Positions 25,208 through 37,866 of a stretch of 64,000 nucleotides of DNA are shown here, in pieces; position 1 is the first letter of the stretch; each line of letters starts with the position of its first letter. Origin of the DNA: Vitrella brassicaformis CCMP3155 (Eukaryota; Protista; Chromerida); assembly GCA_001179505.1 (NCBI GenBank), contig CDMY01000367.1, forward strand, positions 1 to 64,000, written 5' to 3'. Under the pieces are notes generated by a model. The model was given only the letters and a program-made list of their open reading frames with translations, was not told where the DNA came from and made no database searches. A program made the translations under genes and the position numbers.

Positions 25208-26147
25208 ATGCAACTCTTTCATGCAGCGAAGTCAGCCATCTTCGCAAAGCGAGAAACCTCTGCGACTTTTGAGAAGACCCAGCCGCCTCATCGCTCAGTA
25301 ACAGAGGGCTTTTCTACATCACGACCATCTGCATTGCACGCGAATGAGGTCAGCACATTGGTGGTTGCAACGGCACCGGATGACCCGACGCAAGTCGTCG
25401 TGCATCGTGTGGAAATCGGACCGACAGCCGACTCGCCCGGGGCAGCTGACATCGCAACAGAGGAGGTCATTCAGCGGAGGCGGAGCACGCCCACAGCCGA
25501 GCCAAGCCCTCTCATTATTGATTCGCAGCTGTCACGGTCAGCCCCCCGTCTGTTCGCCTCAGCAACAGGCCCTGTTATGGTTCGAGACACGGCGAAAGAG
25601 CACGCAGAAAGGAAGGAGCGGAGCCCTCCAGGCAGCAATAGCGTGATGGAATCCCCCGGCGTCCTCGAGCCTGCAGTGCCGCCGCCCTATGACACACAGC
25701 TGTCGGCCTACACGACCCTCTCCTTCGAGCGCGGCCCTCCCCCAACTCGCATGACCACGACAGCCCACCGAGGAAGCGACATGAGGGGCTCCCCGGCTGT
25801 CTCAACATTCACTACACCCAAAGGCGCGTATCATCCCAAGCTGAGCGTCTCGCGGTTTCGGGAATCGCAGGAGGAACTGTTGGACACAGCAGTACCTGCT
25901 GGGAAGGGCGAGAATACGCCATTCGTGCAGACGGAGGAGAAGGAAGATGATGAAGTGGTGAAGAGTTTCGAGCTGGCCAAGACAAGTGGGGAGAGGGTCA
26001 AGGTGCTGATGGGCCGCGACGAGATTACCTTCCAGGAGATGCCCACTGACGCCACACAAACGAAGAAGTGAGATACCAGAAAGATGTCGTCTTGAACTAT
26101 CTGCTCGCCTTTGGTCGTGTTTCAGATTGGTTTGCTGCTGCGCGTGA
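25208..26147 (+). CDS. Hypothetical low-complexity protein, probably ending in KKLVCCCA* (prenylation/palmitoylation-type tail)
   Basis: Long ORF 25097..26071. A GT-AG intron at 26068..26125 would give a final exon reading LVCCCA-stop. No domain recognised. Confidence 0.45.
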
Positions 26148-26826
26148 CCCCCCGAGGTGACGAGGAGTTTGCCGTGGCGGCAGACAAGCCGCCGGAGCCG
26201 TTTTACAAACATCTTCTTCCCCAGGACATCGATACGAGTCAGCCAGAATTCGACGATGATCAGCCGCCGAGACAGTGCAGCAAGTGTACGTGTAATGCAC
26301 TCAGAGAACACGAAGCGCGTGTGGGTGATCGTTTTCTGTCTCTGGCTAGGTGTGTGCTGTCAGCAGCAGCAGTGGCCCTTGAAGCCAAAGCCGGCATCGC
26401 TGGCCCATGTTACGAAGAGCCGGCCCCTGCTCTATTGGTCGAATTGGTTCTGAATAACGAGAGACAACACCTCCACGGACCGACCATTGATTCGTTCATT
26501 GACGTGCATGGAATACATGCAGGGCCAAGGTCGGTCGACTGTATGTCCCTCGCTGGCCAGGCCACCCGAATTAGGAGGCATTAAACATGACAAATCACAT
26601 ACATACCAGCCCAGCCCAGCCCAGCCCATTAATAGCGATGCCACCCCACCCTCTGCCCATGCATATCGATCGTCATCATCACTGAGTTGGCTGCAACAAA
26701 TACCTCACTCACTACGTACCCTACCCGCCCCGCCCCACACGCCCCTCCCTCCTACCTCGCTAGACAAATGAAATCAACAGTGTCCGTCCGTCCGTCCTTC
26801 CTCGCTGCCCCCATGCATCGATCGCA

Positions 26827-28050
26827 TCATGCCGACACGTACACGCCGCGTGTGGCGGTGCGGCCGTCCTGTGCCGCGTCGGGCAGCAGATGCCGCTTGA
26901 GAAAGTCGAGCATCCTATCCACAATGATGTTGTCGTAGTTTGGCGTCTGACAAAGCGCACACACCGCACACAGAGACAGAGTGCGGGGATGGACGGTCCG
27001 TGATCTGGTCTCTCTCACCTCGAGCTCAAAGTGCCCGATGTTGTTGATGAGGTATTTCTCCTTCGGACCGACACACCTGCAAATGTCACACACACACAAT
27101 GGGTGGGGGCAGTGGCAGTGGCAATCCCGCCTGCCGACCTGTCGAAGTATTTATCGAAGGTCCGGACAGATGTGAATCCGTCTGCCGTGCCCATGATAAA
27201 GAGTTTCGGCCTATCCACACGCAGAATCGGCTCGTAGTGGCCCCTGAACAGACAAGAAGCAGACAGACAGACAGGCCAAGGAATGAGGATGAGCATGGGG
27301 CTCTCGGTGCGGGCCTGGGTGACCTCACCCGAACAGAATGGAGGCGAACCAGCCGAACGTATAGCCAATGCCTACATACCCACGAACCATCGGCAGCCGC
27401 TCGACGGCAGTCCCTGTCAGGCACACGACACAACACAACGCAGCGCAACGCAGACAGGGAGGGCACACTCCTGCAATGAACCGTCATGTTGCTTGCCTGC
27501 GATAGGTGCGCCAGCTGAGGAGCCGACCAGGAGGATATTGGTTGCGTTGAGGTGCTTGGCGGCCCACTCACATGCGGCCACCACATCAGCCACCTCAGAC
27601 ATGCCCGTCACTGTTGACCTGCCAAACACAACACAGCACACGCAGCACCGACACATCCTTCTGGAAGAGAATCAGCGACTTCATCTTTGCCTGACCCACC
27701 AGCCTGAAGATCTGTTGACCCCTCGCATGTCGAATGTCAAGGCGGGGAAGCCCCTGTCAACGGTCAAAGCCGCCATGCCCTCCATCAGCTGCGAACACCC
27801 GCCCATCTGACACACAGCACGACAGACACCACACCGACACGCTGATGAGGGGGATGCAACAACGAGATCTGGCCTTGTTTTGTGCAGCTAGGCGTGTGAA
27901 CGTGCTCACCTTGCTGTACTGATGGACGAAGACAACAAGGGGCATCTGGCCCAGCGTCGGCAGCTTCTCCTCGCTGGTTGACCAGAACTTGCCGCTGATG
28001 ACGACTCGCCCTTCGGAAACCGTCTCAAACCGTGTGATGGCGCCCCGCAT
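26827..28050 (-). CDS. Alpha/beta hydrolase fold protein
   Basis: PLVVFVHQYSK, FPALTFDMRG, EVADVVAACEWA, nucleophile elbow LLVGSSAGAPIA, PKLFIMGTADGFTS (Asp), INNIGHFELE (His). Confidence 0.85.
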
Positions 28051-29138
28051 TCGTAACGATGAAGAGAGGATGAGGCGCTCGCAATGGGAAGAACGAACGA
28101 ACGCAATGAAATGAGCTCGCACTTGAGTGGATCGCATTCAGGAGCAGAGCATGAAAATCAGCATGGTTTGACCATCACCACGTATGCATGCATACACGCA
28201 GGTGTGATGTCTGTACAGTTGCACTCACTGCTCTTGATGGATGGATGGCCAGACGGCAAAAACACACACACGCCCAAGCACACGCCAACCGGCCAGCCAC
28301 GGAGACAGTCATCGATCGACTCACATGCACCAGCACGGACATCACATCGTGTATGTATGTACATAAAGGCCTGCAGTCACACACACTGCCGCATACACGG
28401 ACGATTTATGTATGCACACACGCATGCAGGTGGGTGACCACAACACAAGCAAGGCAGCCAGACCGGCGTACTCTCTCGCGCTTGGAGCCTCAACCACAAG
28501 ACCAAAACGAGGCCAACAAAACCAATAGAGAGATCCATCCATCCATCCATCCACCCAGCCAGCCAGCCATCCATCCGGCCAGCCGACCAGCCGATGTTGA
28601 ATACCTCATCCCTCTAAATGCGGCGGGTGCTCTCAGGGCAGGATGCCATCCTATCGAACGACACACGTCCATACATGTTTGCTTGTGTATCAATTTGTCT
28701 TAAATACGCGGTATGCATACGTACACACACACACAGACACACACACACACACACACGTGTATACGTGCCACGGTTCCCGTGTCATGGTGATTTATAAAAC
28801 AGCCAGCCACCAATCACCTCAGCACACAGACACACACAGCTGCACACCACACCACACCAGACTGCCATCGACGCCCGCCCCGTCAAAAAATGTGTGTACC
28901 AAGGGACGAAGGAAAAAACAGCCGAGCCATGCAGTCGACTGATGATTGCGTTCGTGTCCACACAGATAATGACACGTGCACCCGGCCACCAGCCACTCGT
29001 TCAAAACTCCCAGCCAGCCCCGAAGGCAGGCAGGCAATCCAACCGTCCGTCCACCCATCATCCATATATCACACTCCCCCCTCCCCGCCCTCACACACAA
29101 CTACGGCAACCATAAGCACTGTCGTGTTGGTCGGCGAG

Positions 29139-29909
29139 TCAGTCTTGGTAGACCGCCTTGGCCGCCGCGCCGTTGAGGATGCTCTCGAGCAGCGCGTCGC
29201 CGTATTTCATCCGCACCTCCGCGACGCCCACGTGTGGACAGGGCAGCAGCCGGGTCTCCCGCCACTCGTGAGTGTCTGCGCTGCCGATCATGACGGGCAG
29301 GTAGCCAAGGGACCGGTACTTGGCGTACTCGGCGGGCTCAAGGGGGCTGGGCGGAGATGGGCAGAGGTTGACCATCTCCAGCCCGTCGCCAGGCAGGTTG
29401 GAGAAGGCCTCGAGCTTGCGGGTGTGCGGGCCGCTCAGGACCCAGCCGATGACCACGTGGCCGCCACACGCGATGTGGGTGACGTAGATCAGGGTGCTCT
29501 CGTCGATACACGTCCCTCCCAGCCCCACAGTGGCTTCGGTGGTGCGGAAGAAGGCCTCGAATGGCTCCATCTCGGGCGTGACGACGGGAGGAGGGCCGTA
29601 CGATGTGCAGTTGGTGACCTGCGTGAACAACAGGATCATGGCGCCTGCTGTAGCGGGCTGAGGAGGGTCATACTCACCTTCTCGACAGGGTCATCGGCAG
29701 GTGGTACATGCACGGCGTCCAACGACTGAAGGCCATCCCCAAAACGTCCTGATGGACACAGTCACACAGACAACCACACATGGCTTCGCAGGTGGTGGGT
29801 GTGGTCGGTGTGCTGCACACTCTGTCGCATATGCGAGTGTACCAGTAGGTGTGGCGTCGGGCTTGATCTCTGGCGACGAGTCGTCCTTTGTCGAGGCCTC
29901 AGACATCAT
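29139..29909 (-). CDS. Hypothetical protein (lineage-specific)
   Basis: 166-aa protein-like last-exon ORF 29139..29639 with short upstream exons starting MMSEASTKDD. No domain recognised. Confidence 0.5.
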
Positions 29910-30392
29910 GCTGCTTGTGCACAGATCACACCACGCCACACACCACCACACACTTGATGTTTGACGGGAGCACGCAGGATGTCTTTTCCTTTCCATCCTA
30001 CCTTATCTTTCGGAGTTTCTTTTTGTCTTTGGAGGCGCGGCGCTTCTTGGCGGCCTTCGACTGACTGGCCTGATGGGCAAACCAATGTCACACAAACACA
30101 CACAGACACCGATGGTGATGAGAAGATGCTGACGCATCCATCCGTGTCGGCATGCACGGTCTCCCCCTGTCCGCGGGTGTGGTGTGGATCCCCTCCCTCA
30201 GCACATGTGTGCCCCCTGTGCGCACCTTGTCATCGCCGGACGGGTGCTTCTGGGGCGCGGGTGACGGTGCCGTCACGTCATGCGCTGCATCTGTGTCAGC
30301 GAGCGGCATCATCCTCTTCTCCACCCAGCGACAAAAGGCGGCAATGCTTTGTTTCCCGAGAGCAAGACGGGCGCGTTGAACGGGCACCTGCC

Positions 30393-30414
30393 AAACCCTG
30401 AAACCCGAACCCTG
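30393..30414 (+). promoter_or_regulatory. Telomere-like/telo-box-like cluster AAACCCTG-AAACCCG-AACCCTG in a divergent intergenic region
   Basis: Sequence seen directly. Similar clusters at 31911, 48993 and 55979. Regulatory role inferred from position only. Confidence 0.4.
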
Positions 30415-30772
30415 AGAGGAATTGTGTGCCGTTCTTGAATTGTGCGTCCCGCATCAATGGATCTTCACGTGTTTGTGCCTCCCTTTGGCCACCAGACCAC
30501 ACTGACGTCGCGCCGGGCGCTTCGGACAGCCGCAGGAAAGGTGCGCGAGCAGCGCTGACAAGGATGACGGCTGCATCGCACCACGGAGATCTTTGCGTCT
30601 TCCCTCTCTTCAGAGTGTGCCGACGGCGACGGTGACGTCAGCACCTGTGCCGTCGAAGCAGCCAGACGGTGTGCCACCAGGTAGGATTGCATTTTCGTAG
30701 TGCATGCACTGAAAGATCCGGGCCTACACAGATATATATATATGCACATCCGTATGCTGTATCCATGCGTGG

Positions 30773-31730
30773 GTGTCGGGGGCTTCAGGCACTCCCGTTG
30801 GTGATGTGTATGGGCGTGGTGCTGAGGAGGTCCGGCAGGGCCTGCCAGCGCTGCCCAGGATCACACTCCTTGACGAATTTGTCAACAGACACACGCTGCC
30901 TGGCATGATCGAAGAGTACGTCACAGACCAACACACGCAGGCAGACCAACATGGGAGGGAGGGAGAGGCAGCCAGCACCATGGTCTTTTCTTCCCGCCTC
31001 CTGCCTGGTTTCTCTGTGTTGTGTGTGCAGCTACTTGGACTCAGACTTGAAGCAGCAGAATCAGCTGACGGTGTCATACTATGTGTGGCCGCTGCTTATG
31101 CAGATGCAGCTCCAGACCGACTGCCGTGTTCGGGCCAAGCCATATGACCAAGACAATATTAAGGCCACCTCAGTGTCCTTCCTGATTGAGAAGGACAAGG
31201 ACGGCCGACTGATAGCCGAATACCCGAGGAAGCTGTGGGTGCTGGTCGGCGATGACTCGGACGTGAAGCCGGAGGAGGCCCTCAGGTTGCGCCTCGAGAA
31301 GCAGGTTGGTGGCGCCACGCCAGAGGGGTGAAAGACGACTCGTTCTTGCTCTATGTGTGTGTGTGTGTGTGTGTGTGTGAGCAAACTTTGAGATACGGCT
31401 GCGCAGTGGACACCTTCCGTCGCTGGCACTTCTACAAGTACGACAACAAGACGTACGACAAGGCCGGCGAACTGGTGCACGTCAAGACACTCAAACTGGA
31501 GGATGAGTCGCAGGCGATAGTGGACTCCATTATGGAGCTGCTTCATCGAGATGACACACGACTGCCGCTCCAGCAGTGGGACGACGCCTTGTATCACAAC
31601 TTCGGTGTGTACCCAGGCACACTCACACACGCGCACATACACACACGAGTGCATCACACACACATTGGGTTCTTCTGGTCTGCTGCTGTCAATCCATTCC
31701 TGCGCAGATGAGGACGATGAAGAGGCATGA
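30773..31730 (+). CDS. Hypothetical protein, copy 2 (apparently complete, 4 exons)
   Basis: MSGASGTPVG...PGMIE, intron, DYLDSDLKQQ... Paralog of 1346..2042. The exon-3 acceptor CAG of copy 1 is CAA here; an adjacent in-frame GAG acceptor is available. Confidence 0.6.
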
Positions 31731-31910
31731 ATGTCATATTGTGTATACCGAGAGGAAGGCGTCGACTTTTTCGTTGTGGGAAGGGCTTCTACCATGTGAG
31801 GCGGCTGTCAATAAGTATCGATATGGGATCGCCAGCAGTCAGGCAGACGCGCAGGCCTGTGTACATACGTTTTGAATCTCTTATGTGATCACCGTGAAGG
31901 CGGACGCAGA

Positions 31911-31934
31911 GGGTTTCAGGGTTTCAAAACCCTG
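31911..31934. promoter_or_regulatory. Telomere-like cluster GGGTTTCA-GGGTTTCA-AAACCCTG upstream of the GH10 gene
   Basis: Two reverse units followed by one forward unit, about 330 bp before the ATG. Confidence 0.4.
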
Positions 31935-32261
31935 CGAGCTTTTTTGAGAGCTGATGACGCGCGGTGACGTGACGCCGCCGCTGTTCTGAAGCCTCTATCG
32001 CAGTCATCGCAGCGACCAGCATCGCCTTTTTCGTCGATCGCATCTTCGTACTTTTCTTGACCTTCTCAGCCGCTCACTCATCGCAGCCGCCTTGGAGTCA
32101 TCCCTCCTGCCTGCTGCCGCCGTCCAGCCATCGCCACACTATCTATCACCATGCAGAGGAACCGGCCCGATTCCGGTGGCGGTAACTGCCCTCTTTCTTC
32201 TGTTACCGTTACTGCTAACGCCTGGCAGTGGTGCGACATCTATCGGCCACGGCAGCGGCTG

Positions 32262-34704
32262 ATGCGTGCACTCTGTCTTCTTGGTGCGGTGGCTGCCTGC
32301 TGCCCGTCACACGGGAGGTGCGACGGCCCGCCGCTGCGAAGGCGGCTGGGTGTAGGTGTGCATGATGGGAACGGTACGGGCATTCTCAATGCGACTGATG
32401 AGAGGAGAGCCCTGCAGATCAAGAACAATCTAATGGACGGTAAGCAGCGGAACGACAGACCAGGGACGGCTCCGGTGACCCATCGCCTCTCTGTCCTGCT
32501 TGTTGGCTCCATGCAGCCTGTTATCATCCTGGGTGGGACTACTGGGGCCATGACCTGCTGTCTGCCAAGGAAATCGGCTCGGCCGAGGAGTGCCAGACAC
32601 GCTGTCAGGCGCACCGTGGGTCTCCGCCATGTGCTGTCTTCACCTACCGCACCCAAGAGAGACAGTGCTGGCTCAAGAGCGAGATGGCCCTGGCAGAGCC
32701 ACCTAGGGAGGACACAAACGCCATATCGGGACCGAGGTTCTGTGTCACAGGTGGGAAGGGCAGGCAGACAGACAGATGACTGTGCTCACCTCCCTCACCT
32801 CACCTGTCTGTGTGTCTTTCCTTGCGTTCCTTTTGTCAGGTTGCTTGTCGGAGGGTTCGAAGCTCACCAGTTCCCCCGTCGGCAGCACAGACACCTCCAC
32901 GGTGGAGGAGTGCCGGTCCCTCTGCGCCCGCTACCCAAGATGTCGCGCCTACACCTTCATCCCCTCCTCCCAGCGATGCGAGCTGCACGCAAGCCTCCTC
33001 TGCGTGGGTGGCATCGGAGGCCGCAGTCCCCCCTCCGGCAGCTCTGAAGACGAGAAGCCCAGGCCCCACCCGGAGTCCACCCCCAAGCCCGCCGACCGAC
33101 CGCGATTCGGTGGCGAGTTTTCCAACTTCCACCGCACCAATCGCAAGTCCTTCCAGGACTCCCACACGGGCAGGTCACAGCAAGGTGGGGACAGGACAGA
33201 GGGGTGGATGGGATGGGGAGGACGGGTGGTGAGGCCACCCATGTGGTTTGTCGGTGGTGCGATTGATAATGCGTGCCATGCAGGGACACTGCGTGCGCTG
33301 GCTGACCGTCACAATCTGTACATCGGTGCTGCGATGAACATAGCCCAGATGAACGACGCCAGGTACCTTCGGACGGTGAGGGACCAGTACAGCATGGTCG
33401 TGGCCGAGTGGGAGTGCAAGATGGCCGCCATCGCACCCTCACCCAACAACCGAAACTGGTCACTTTGCGACAGGTGCGACGTGACTGAAAGGAGGAAAGA
33501 CCAAGAAGCCACCCACCCCGCCCCACCTCGCTCTCTCTCCCTCTGTGTCACTTCACTTGTCGTCCATCCTAGGATCGCGGACTTTGCGCGTCAGCAGGGG
33601 CTTCACTTTCGCTTCCACACCTTTGCGTGGCACAACTCGCTGCCCGGCTGGTACAAGAACCAGTCGCCCCAGGCCAAGCGGAGCATGCTGGACCGTTATA
33701 TCGGCCAGGTGGTGGACAGGTACGGCGACCGATCCTTCTGGTGGGACGTCGTCAACGAAGGTACGCATCTGAATGGATGGATGAAGAGACGCTGATACGC
33801 ACATCTGCTGTCCCCTCCCCGTGTGTATGTGGCTTGTTCAGCCTTATCTGACAACCAGGTTGGTCAGGGCCACAACGTCCGCTGGCGCGACAGCCCGCTG
33901 TACCCCGCCATGAGGGACTGGGTGTCCTACTCGTTCAAGATGGCCCAAAAGCACATGAAGCAGAAGAAGCCCGGCACGCCATACAAGTTCTACTACAACG
34001 ACTACGGCGTCGCATCACTTGTAAGAAACATCACAAACATGCCCCCCTCCCCCCTCACATAATATCTCGACCACACAATAAATCTATACGTCCCCATATC
34101 TCCCTCTCCCTCTCCGTGTCATTATCTGTGGCTCTGTGGCTCGTCAGGACGGGTGGTCTCGTCCGAAGTCCAACGCCATGTACACGATGGTGCGTCAGCT
34201 GGTCGACGACCGCAACGTGCACATCGATGGGGTGGGCTTCCAGCTGCACGTCAACACCAAATTCAGCATGTTCGAGGGCGTGCGGAAGAATGTGCGGCGT
34301 TACGCCAAGCTGGGCCTGGAGGTGCAGTTCACCGAGGTGGACGTCGGGTGCGGTGAGTGGCGGGGGGCCAACTGGCACAACTGCAACAACTGGGGACCCG
34401 ATCAGGCGCGGAAACAGGTCAGAGAGCCAGGGACAGGCGGGCAAAGGGAGGAAGGGAGGCATGACGCACTCGTGAGTTGATCTGTGCTCTGTGTGTGTGT
34501 GTGTGTATGTGCCAGGCTGATATCTACTCAGGGCTTCTGAGAATCTGTCTTGAAGAGCCCAACTGCACCGGCTACGTGATGTGGGGCGTCAGCGACAGGG
34601 CCACCTGGCTGCGGGGGGCATACCCACTCATCTACGACGGCAACTTCCAGCCCAAGCCGGCGTACTGGGCCATGAGGGACACTCTGCAGAAGTTCGGCAA
34701 CTGA
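32262..34704 (+). CDS. Secreted-type protein with two PAN/Apple domains and a GH10 (endo-1,4-beta-xylanase-like) catalytic domain
   Basis: Hydrophobic N-terminus MRALCLLGAVAACC. PAN1 is CYHPGWDYWGHDL...EECQTRC...CAVFTY...CWLKS...ISGPRFC. PAN2 is CLSEG...EECRSLC...CRAYTF...CEL. GH10 motifs: RFHTFAWH, WDVVNE (acid/base), YYNDY, IDGVGFQLH, FTEVDV (nucleophile), MWGVSD, PKPAY. Confidence 0.9.
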
Positions 34705-35618
34705 TTGAGTGGGAATACCAGACAGGGAGGGAGGGGGGGAAGGAATGGCTGGCTGACCGATCGCATCAGAGTGACCTAGTGCACCACAGCGTCGTATCTG
34801 CTTTTTTTCGTCCAGTGAATGTTGTAGTGCTGTCTGTGTCGCGATGCGGAGCGCCCTAGCTGCTAGTCTCCCTGTATGTAGTATTGTCGCATCGCCAGAC
34901 GATAGTGCAGATAGATATTGGTTATAGTGGGAGAGGAGGGAGGGAGAGGATCTGTGTGTTTTTCGTCCACACGCACGAGGAGGAAGGAGGTCGGCCGTAC
35001 ATCTGGTTCACTTTTGTCGCTTTTTTCGTATCCCTCTCTGTCTGTCAGTCGTGTGTGTGTCTGTGGATGTGTACAGCTGTCTGTCTGTGATTTGGTGGTG
35101 TAGGCCAGCCAGTCAGTCAGTCAGTCAGTCAGACTGCCCCCCGGCTCTGCTCCGTATCGGCCGATACGAGAGGCACAAGGGCGGGCCCGCCCCCCTGGCT
35201 GCGCTGCGCTGCGTGGCTGGCGTTCCTTTTTCATTCAATTCAGACCTTTTGCCCCTCTGTGTGTGTGTGTACCTGTCATGTGTGTGTGATTGATTGCATG
35301 TGTGCGTGAGCAAAGGTTACTAGCAGGTAGGTAGGGTAGATTCATTCGCCCGGCACGCATGCCGGCAGCGTTTAGGAGTTTATTGTGATTGGTTGGCGGG
35401 CAAAGACAGGGGACATAGGTGGGCGGGGCGGTGGGCGGGGCGGTATGTATTTGTGCCTGCTTGAGCGACTGTGCGTGGATTGAGGGGGATGTTTGGGTGC
35501 GTGCCTTGCCTGTCGTGCGGTGTGATTTATCCCGACAAGCCGCCGAGCTAGCTGCCGCCGCGTCGCGTAAAGACGAGACGAGTGATAGACAGCTCACCGG
35601 CTTGCTGTGCTGGGACAT

Positions 35619-35646
35619 CTGATGGATGGATGGATGGATGGATGGA
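35619..35646. repeat. (GATG)n microsatellite, representative of many intronic and intergenic (GT)n, (GACA)n, (GTCA)n and (GGAT)n tracts
   Basis: Direct sequence. Others include (GTCA)n 35110-35131, (GACA)n 40510-40545 and (GT)n 31355-31379. Confidence 0.9.
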
Positions 35647-36065
35647 CACGCCGATGTCTCTCTGTGGATTGCTGACTACTCTATGCGCATCTTGATGTGT
35701 GTCTGTGCATTTGCACGCTCCTCAAAGTGAGACTTTTGAGTGCCTTCCTTCCTGCGTGCTGCTGGCCTGACTGCAACATCTCCTTCAATGCGAACACGTC
35801 CGTCCGTTAGTTACCCATTTCGGCACGCAGTCGAGTCCGTCCCGTCCGTCAGTCGATCCACAGACATACAGACAGACAGACAGACAGACAGACATACAGA
35901 CACACACGCACACACGCACACACAGGCAGATAGATAGATGTGTGTATGTACACGTGTAAAAGTGTCTGGGCTGGTCAGCTGGCCGCGACGTTCACTGTGT
36001 CTCCCTCCTGGCATGGCATGGCCTAGGCTAGCTGGGCGACTCCGAAACTGCAAATAAAACAGGGA

Positions 36066-37657
36066 TCACGGCTGCTTCTTGACCTCGACGGAAAGTCTGC
36101 CACGCCAGCAAACATGCATGTCCCTCCTTCACTGGCTGCCTGGCTGGCACGGCCATTCAGCCCTCCCCTCCCTGTCTGCCTCCTCTGCCTCTATGTGTGA
36201 GTGTGTGGTCACCTGAGTATTTTGAGGCATGTGTAGAATTTGTCCCGGGCGTCCTCCTCGGGAATGAGGAAAAACAACTTGACCCTGTCGGGCTTGGTCT
36301 CCATACCTACGCACACACACACACACACACATGGATGGATGGATGGATGGGGGACATGACTGATGGGCGTCTCTCTCACCGACACAGTGTGGTGCGTCTT
36401 CGGGATAGGGGAAGGCGGGGTTCTTCTTCATGATCTTGGTGCCCCTGTACACACTCTCGATCTGGGCACACACACATGCACAGGCACCCACAGGGGCAGA
36501 GACAGCAGGCAGGACAACCAATCTGTCTGTCTCCCTGTCTCCCTGTGTGTGTTGCATCCATCGCGTCTCGTCTCGTCTCGCACCCCTTTCATCTCGATCT
36601 TCTTCATGTGTTCTGGCACTTCATCGCCGCTCTCCCCCTCACCCTCGCCCTTGACCGGCTCCAACGTGAAGTGCTACGGACGGACAGGCCACCGCACACA
36701 CAACAGTGACTGCAGTGGGGTTGTGAGCTGTGCAGTGCTGTGCTGTGGCTGGCTTACCTGGAGGTAGTTGTCCATTTGGAAGAGGGTCCTGAACTTCCTC
36801 CCTGCACACTCATCCAGAGGGTGAACTTTGGACACTCCTGGGCGGGCCTGTGCCTGTGTACCGTCGAGGTCTATGACGGTCATCTCCATGCCCTTGACGG
36901 CATCCTGACCCACACACAAAGAGACAAACACAGGACGACGAGACACACGTAGGCCTGATTGTGCAATGACCTCTTCGCACACACGAATGCGTGACAGTCA
37001 GTCAGTCAGTCAGTACCTTTGCGAAGTCCTTGACAACCCGCTGCAGACGAGCCTTCTCATTCTCCTGCCCGCCCACAACAGACACACAGTCACACCACAC
37101 ACGTACACACGTACGGGACCGTACGTATAGATACCACTTACCTTCTCCTCAGCGGTGAGTTTGCTGCCTTTGGCCGGCCCTCCTGTCCTCCTGCCGCCCT
37201 CATTGTCGTCCGCCTCGCCGCCCTCGGCATCTTCACCAGGGAGCACCACCTGAATGTGACTCCCGGGCCCGCCTGGCGACGACTCATCGCCAAGTGGTGG
37301 ATTTGCGGCTCCGAGTGGCGGGCTCTGCTCGGGGCCTGGCTCAGACACGCCATTGTATCCAGTCAGCTGACCCTTCCCCAGGGTCACCTGACCCGGATCG
37401 GGGCCGACTGCAGTGACAGACAGACACGAGAGGAAAAGAAGATACCGACACTGCCACTGCATTTGGCTTCTCTCTTTGAAGCCCTTCTTTCGTCCACGGT
37501 TGATTGCGTGTGTGTGCCTTCTCGCAGCCAAAACCTCACGTGAGATGCCGACTTTGTGTCCCTTTGGGCCCGCCATGAGCTGCGTTGACTCCTCCGCCCG
37601 CGCCTCCTCGGTAGGTGTGCAACACGAGCAAAAGAAGCTATGAAAGAGTCCCGCCAT
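36066..37657 (-). CDS. IMC sub-compartment protein (ISP)-like PH-fold protein with N-terminal cysteine cluster
   Basis: MAGLFHSFFCSCCTP (palmitoylation-type). Core EKARLQRVVKDFAK|DAVKGMEMTVID...IESVYRG...HCVG...ARDKFYTCLKILRLSVE resembles the apicomplexan ISP1/ISP3 C-terminal PH domain. Confidence 0.7.
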
Positions 37658-37866
37658 GGCGATGAGTGATACACGGCGGCGAGAGGACTTCAGATGGGGG
37701 ACGCCAGTGGGGGCTGAGACTGCAGTTGCGAGCTTGGCTGTAGACCCCCAGATCTTCCGTCCTGAGCCTCCTGTCACTCCCTGAAGCTGCTCGGGTCACA
37801 CTTGACAGCGGGCGTTCATTGCCGGCTTCTTTCACCTCCTCGAGATTCATCCGGGAGTGTTCACCA

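Noticed and set aside
26111-26584. 157-aa ORF as the continuation of the 25208 gene
   Set aside because: Its frame is incompatible with the phase-2 donor at 26068; the compatible frame ends at 26147. It may be UTR.
34700-36060. Repeat-rich intergenic stretches (also 28100-28900 and 40050-40800) examined for CRISPR-like arrays, tRNA, rRNA or snRNA
   Set aside because: Only simple microsatellites; no repeat-spacer periodicity or recognisable RNA gene motifs.
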